Origin: Candidatus Freyarchaeum deiterrae
GTDB lineage: Archaea > Asgardarchaeota > Jordiarchaeia > Jordiarchaeales > Jordiarchaeaceae
Length of the DNA stretch: 64,000 nucleotides
NCBI GenBank assembly: GCA_037305845.1
Contig: CP147778.1
Coordinates: 1,792,001 to 1,856,000 of the forward strand
Direction of reading: 5' to 3'
Part shown: positions 62,008 to 64,000 of the stretch, one piece after another
Layout of the letters: every line of letters begins with the position of its first letter
How positions within the stretch are numbered: position 1 is the first letter of the stretch
Notes under the pieces: generated by a model
What the model was told of the DNA's origin: nothing
Databases searched by the model: none
Seen by the model: the letters and a program-made list of their open reading frames with translations, nothing else
Made by a program: the position numbers and the translations under genes

Positions 62008-63180
62008 TTGGTGTTGTGTATTGCTATGATGTTGCCCTCGTTACAGTTTGGGTTAACGAGTACTGATCCTACCCTCAACCTCATCTACGTCCTTCTGTCT
62101 ATTTTATCGTTTGTGTTCATTATTATCATGATGTTCAGTGGGCTTCTTTTAAAAGTTCAGTCTAATCAGTATTTGGCTCAGATTCGGGGGGTCATAACTC
62201 AGCTCGAGAAGTGGTCTGATGAGGGCAAAAATGTTACAATAAAGATGATTAGAGAGTTGGGTAAGCCTGAGAAGGATCCCACCTCCTTGGTTGAGAATTA
62301 TATGGAATTTATTTTGATTGAGCCTGTGGAGCGTGATCCCTCGGGTGTTCTTAAAAGACTTGAACACCTGCTTGATGTGAGGAAATCTAGATTTGATGAT
62401 GTTGTTACGCAGTTGGCTCCTGCGGCTGATCGCGATCAGCAGGCTAATATCGAGATGACCTTTGAAGCAGCTATGGCTTTGCGTCAAATGTTCTTGGTTA
62501 TTCGGCACCTGTACTTTATGGGTAAAGAAACCAATAATTTTGCCATGATTGCAAGTATTCAGATTATGCTTTCAATTATTATGAAGTACGCTAAGGCTTA
62601 TTACACCGCTTTAAAGGCCTTCACCGAAGGGCAACCCATTGGTGATGGCGCGGGTGCACTTGCAGCCTCCATTCTTATGAATGAATTCTCGAAGAACGGA
62701 AACTATGAGACTAGCGAAATCGCTGAAGACATATCTTTAACTAATACAGTCTTCGAGGATAGAAATGTGTTAATTGTGAGAGCTATTGGTCCAGGTGGAC
62801 GTATTGGAAAGCCAGGCGATGCTATTGTTACTCTGATTAAGGAATCTAATGGTAATATTGCTAGAGTTATTATGATAGACGCAGGAGCAAAATTTGAGGG
62901 AGAAAAGACTGGTAAAATAGTGGAAGGCGTAGGCGCAGCTATTGGTGGACCGGAGGTCGATAAGTTTAAGATAGAAGAAAAGGTAACCAGCCAGAAAGTT
63001 CCTTTAGATGCGATTATAATTAAACTGTCCATCGAGGAGGCCTTAACTCCCATGTCGAAAGAAATTTTTGATGGGGCTTATAAAGCTGCAGAGCGTGTGA
63101 AAAACATAATCCTTGAACGCACCAAATCTGGGGACACAGTTATTGTTGCAGGCATAGGAAACTGTATGGGTATAGGATAA
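62008..63180 (+). CDS. DUF1512 family membrane protein
   Basis: N-terminal TM, IEPVERDPSGVLKRLEHLL, PIGDGAG, IMIDAGAKFEGE and GIGNCMGIG. The true start is probably a few codons downstream. Confidence 0.8.
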   Translation: MVLCIAMMLPSLQFGLTSTDPTLNLIYVLLSILSFVFIIIMMFSGLLLKVQSNQYLAQIRGVITQLEKWSDEGKNVTIKMIRELGKPEKDPTSLVENYMEFILIEPVERDPSGVLKRLEHLLDVRKSRFDDVVTQLAPAADRDQQANIEMTFEAAMALRQMFLVIRHLYFMGKETNNFAMIASIQIMLSIIMKYAKAYYTALKAFTEGQPIGDGAGALAASILMNEFSKNGNYETSEIAEDISLTNTVFEDRNVLIVRAIGPGGRIGKPGDAIVTLIKESNGNIARVIMIDAGAKFEGEKTGKIVEGVGAAIGGPEVDKFKIEEKVTSQKVPLDAIIIKLSIEEALTPMSKEIFDGAYKAAERVKNIILERTKSGDTVIVAGIGNCMGIG

Positions 63181-63197
63181 AATAGAGGAAGATAATT

Positions 63198-63611
63198 ATG
63201 CCGCAAAAAAGAAGAACACTCCTAAATGTGGTTTTATTTACATTCTCAGGTGTGATTGCCGCATTCGGGGTTTACCTGATATATCTTTACTTAACCCCTT
63301 CGTTTTACGATCTGTTTAATGATCTGTTTACTGGTATTAGAAATCAGAGATTGTTCTACGCCTTTTTGTCATTTCTCATTGCTGCTTATCCTGCTTTAGC
63401 ATTTTCTCGCTCTAAGCCGGTTAAAGAGTATAAGACGGTGACTGTTGTGAACTGTTATGGTTGTGATTACCGAGAGATTAGAGAATTCCAAAAAGGTGAC
63501 TATATTTTTAAAAAGTTGGGTGCTTGTAGCGCTTGCGGTTCTGAACAATACATAAGTGCTATATACTCTATACCATTGTCTAAAGTTGAGGAGAAGGAAG
63601 AAGCTCTCTAG
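63198..63611 (+). CDS. Small membrane protein with a C-terminal zinc ribbon
   Basis: Two TM helices, then CYGC...REFQKGDYIFK...CSAC...ISAIY. Confidence 0.75.
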   Translation: MPQKRRTLLNVVLFTFSGVIAAFGVYLIYLYLTPSFYDLFNDLFTGIRNQRLFYAFLSFLIAAYPALAFSRSKPVKEYKTVTVVNCYGCDYREIREFQKGDYIFKKLGACSACGSEQYISAIYSIPLSKVEEKEEAL

Positions 63612-64000
63612 GCAGAAGTTACCTCACATCCATTTTTCTTAACAATTAACGTGTGTTCAGCCTGTGAAACAACGCCTCTTTCTCTTTCCACCAAAACCGG
63701 ATAGTCTTGAAATGTGTCAGTCGACGCGAATTTTTTGATAAGCTCTTGGGCTTTTGGAAATTTGGAGACCAACCATCTAGCTGTGAAAGGTAGAGTTTTA
63801 AACTCGTGAGCAATGTACGATAAAAATGGGTTTGAAGTTTTCTGGCTAGGCATCCTGTAAATATAGGCGTATTTAGAATCATCAACCATTCCTGCCCCTG
63901 TTGTAGCGAAGGGTTCAATCGCGTAAACTTCGCCTTCTTTTAAAGCAAATCCTACCATTGTTTTAACGTTTGGAATGGATTTTCCAGCGTGAAGATTATA
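63608..64000 (-). CDS. map: Type II methionine aminopeptidase (5' part outside the window)
   Basis: YNLHAGKSIPN...YAIEPFATTG...YPVLVE...VSQAEHT. Confidence 0.92.
   Translation of the reverse strand, partial: YNLHAGKSIPNVKTMVGFALKEGEVYAIEPFATTGAGMVDDSKYAYIYRMPSQKTSNPFLSYIAHEFKTLPFTARWLVSKFPKAQELIKKFASTDTFQDYPVLVERERGVVSQAEHTLIVKKNGCEVTSA

Overview
Archaeal chromosomal window. Archaeal markers are egsA, aCPSF1/FttA, Hel308, archaeal-type rRNAs and BHB introns; an Asgard/TACK-like lineage is plausible but is only inference. The left arm carries housekeeping genes, a tRNA-Pro(GGG) that appears to hold five introns and a tRNA-Ile2/Met(CAT) with four. The 16S rRNA gene (~12896-14517) has two insertions: a 90-nt BHB intron in helix 11 and a 32-nt insert in the helix-45 GGAA loop. 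It is separated from the 23S gene (~44803-47888) by ~30 kb. That spacer is divided into cassettes by three extra copies of the 16S 3' end plus its processing-stem strand (at ~41337, ~42687 and ~44139). It has no recognisable integrase and carries surface proteins, a 7241-aa giant protein and a HEAT-repeat protein. After the 23S gene come a candidate K-turn/ACA ncRNA, a nucleoside/methylthioribose salvage cluster with two MtnA-family paralogues, an SSUH2-like zinc-finger protein, prs, an intron-containing tRNA-Tyr, DUF1512 and a truncated map gene. The best candidate novel system is the integrase-less cassette array anchored on the 16S 3' end, together with the extreme intron load of the stable RNAs. 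All calls were made by eye; no searches were run.
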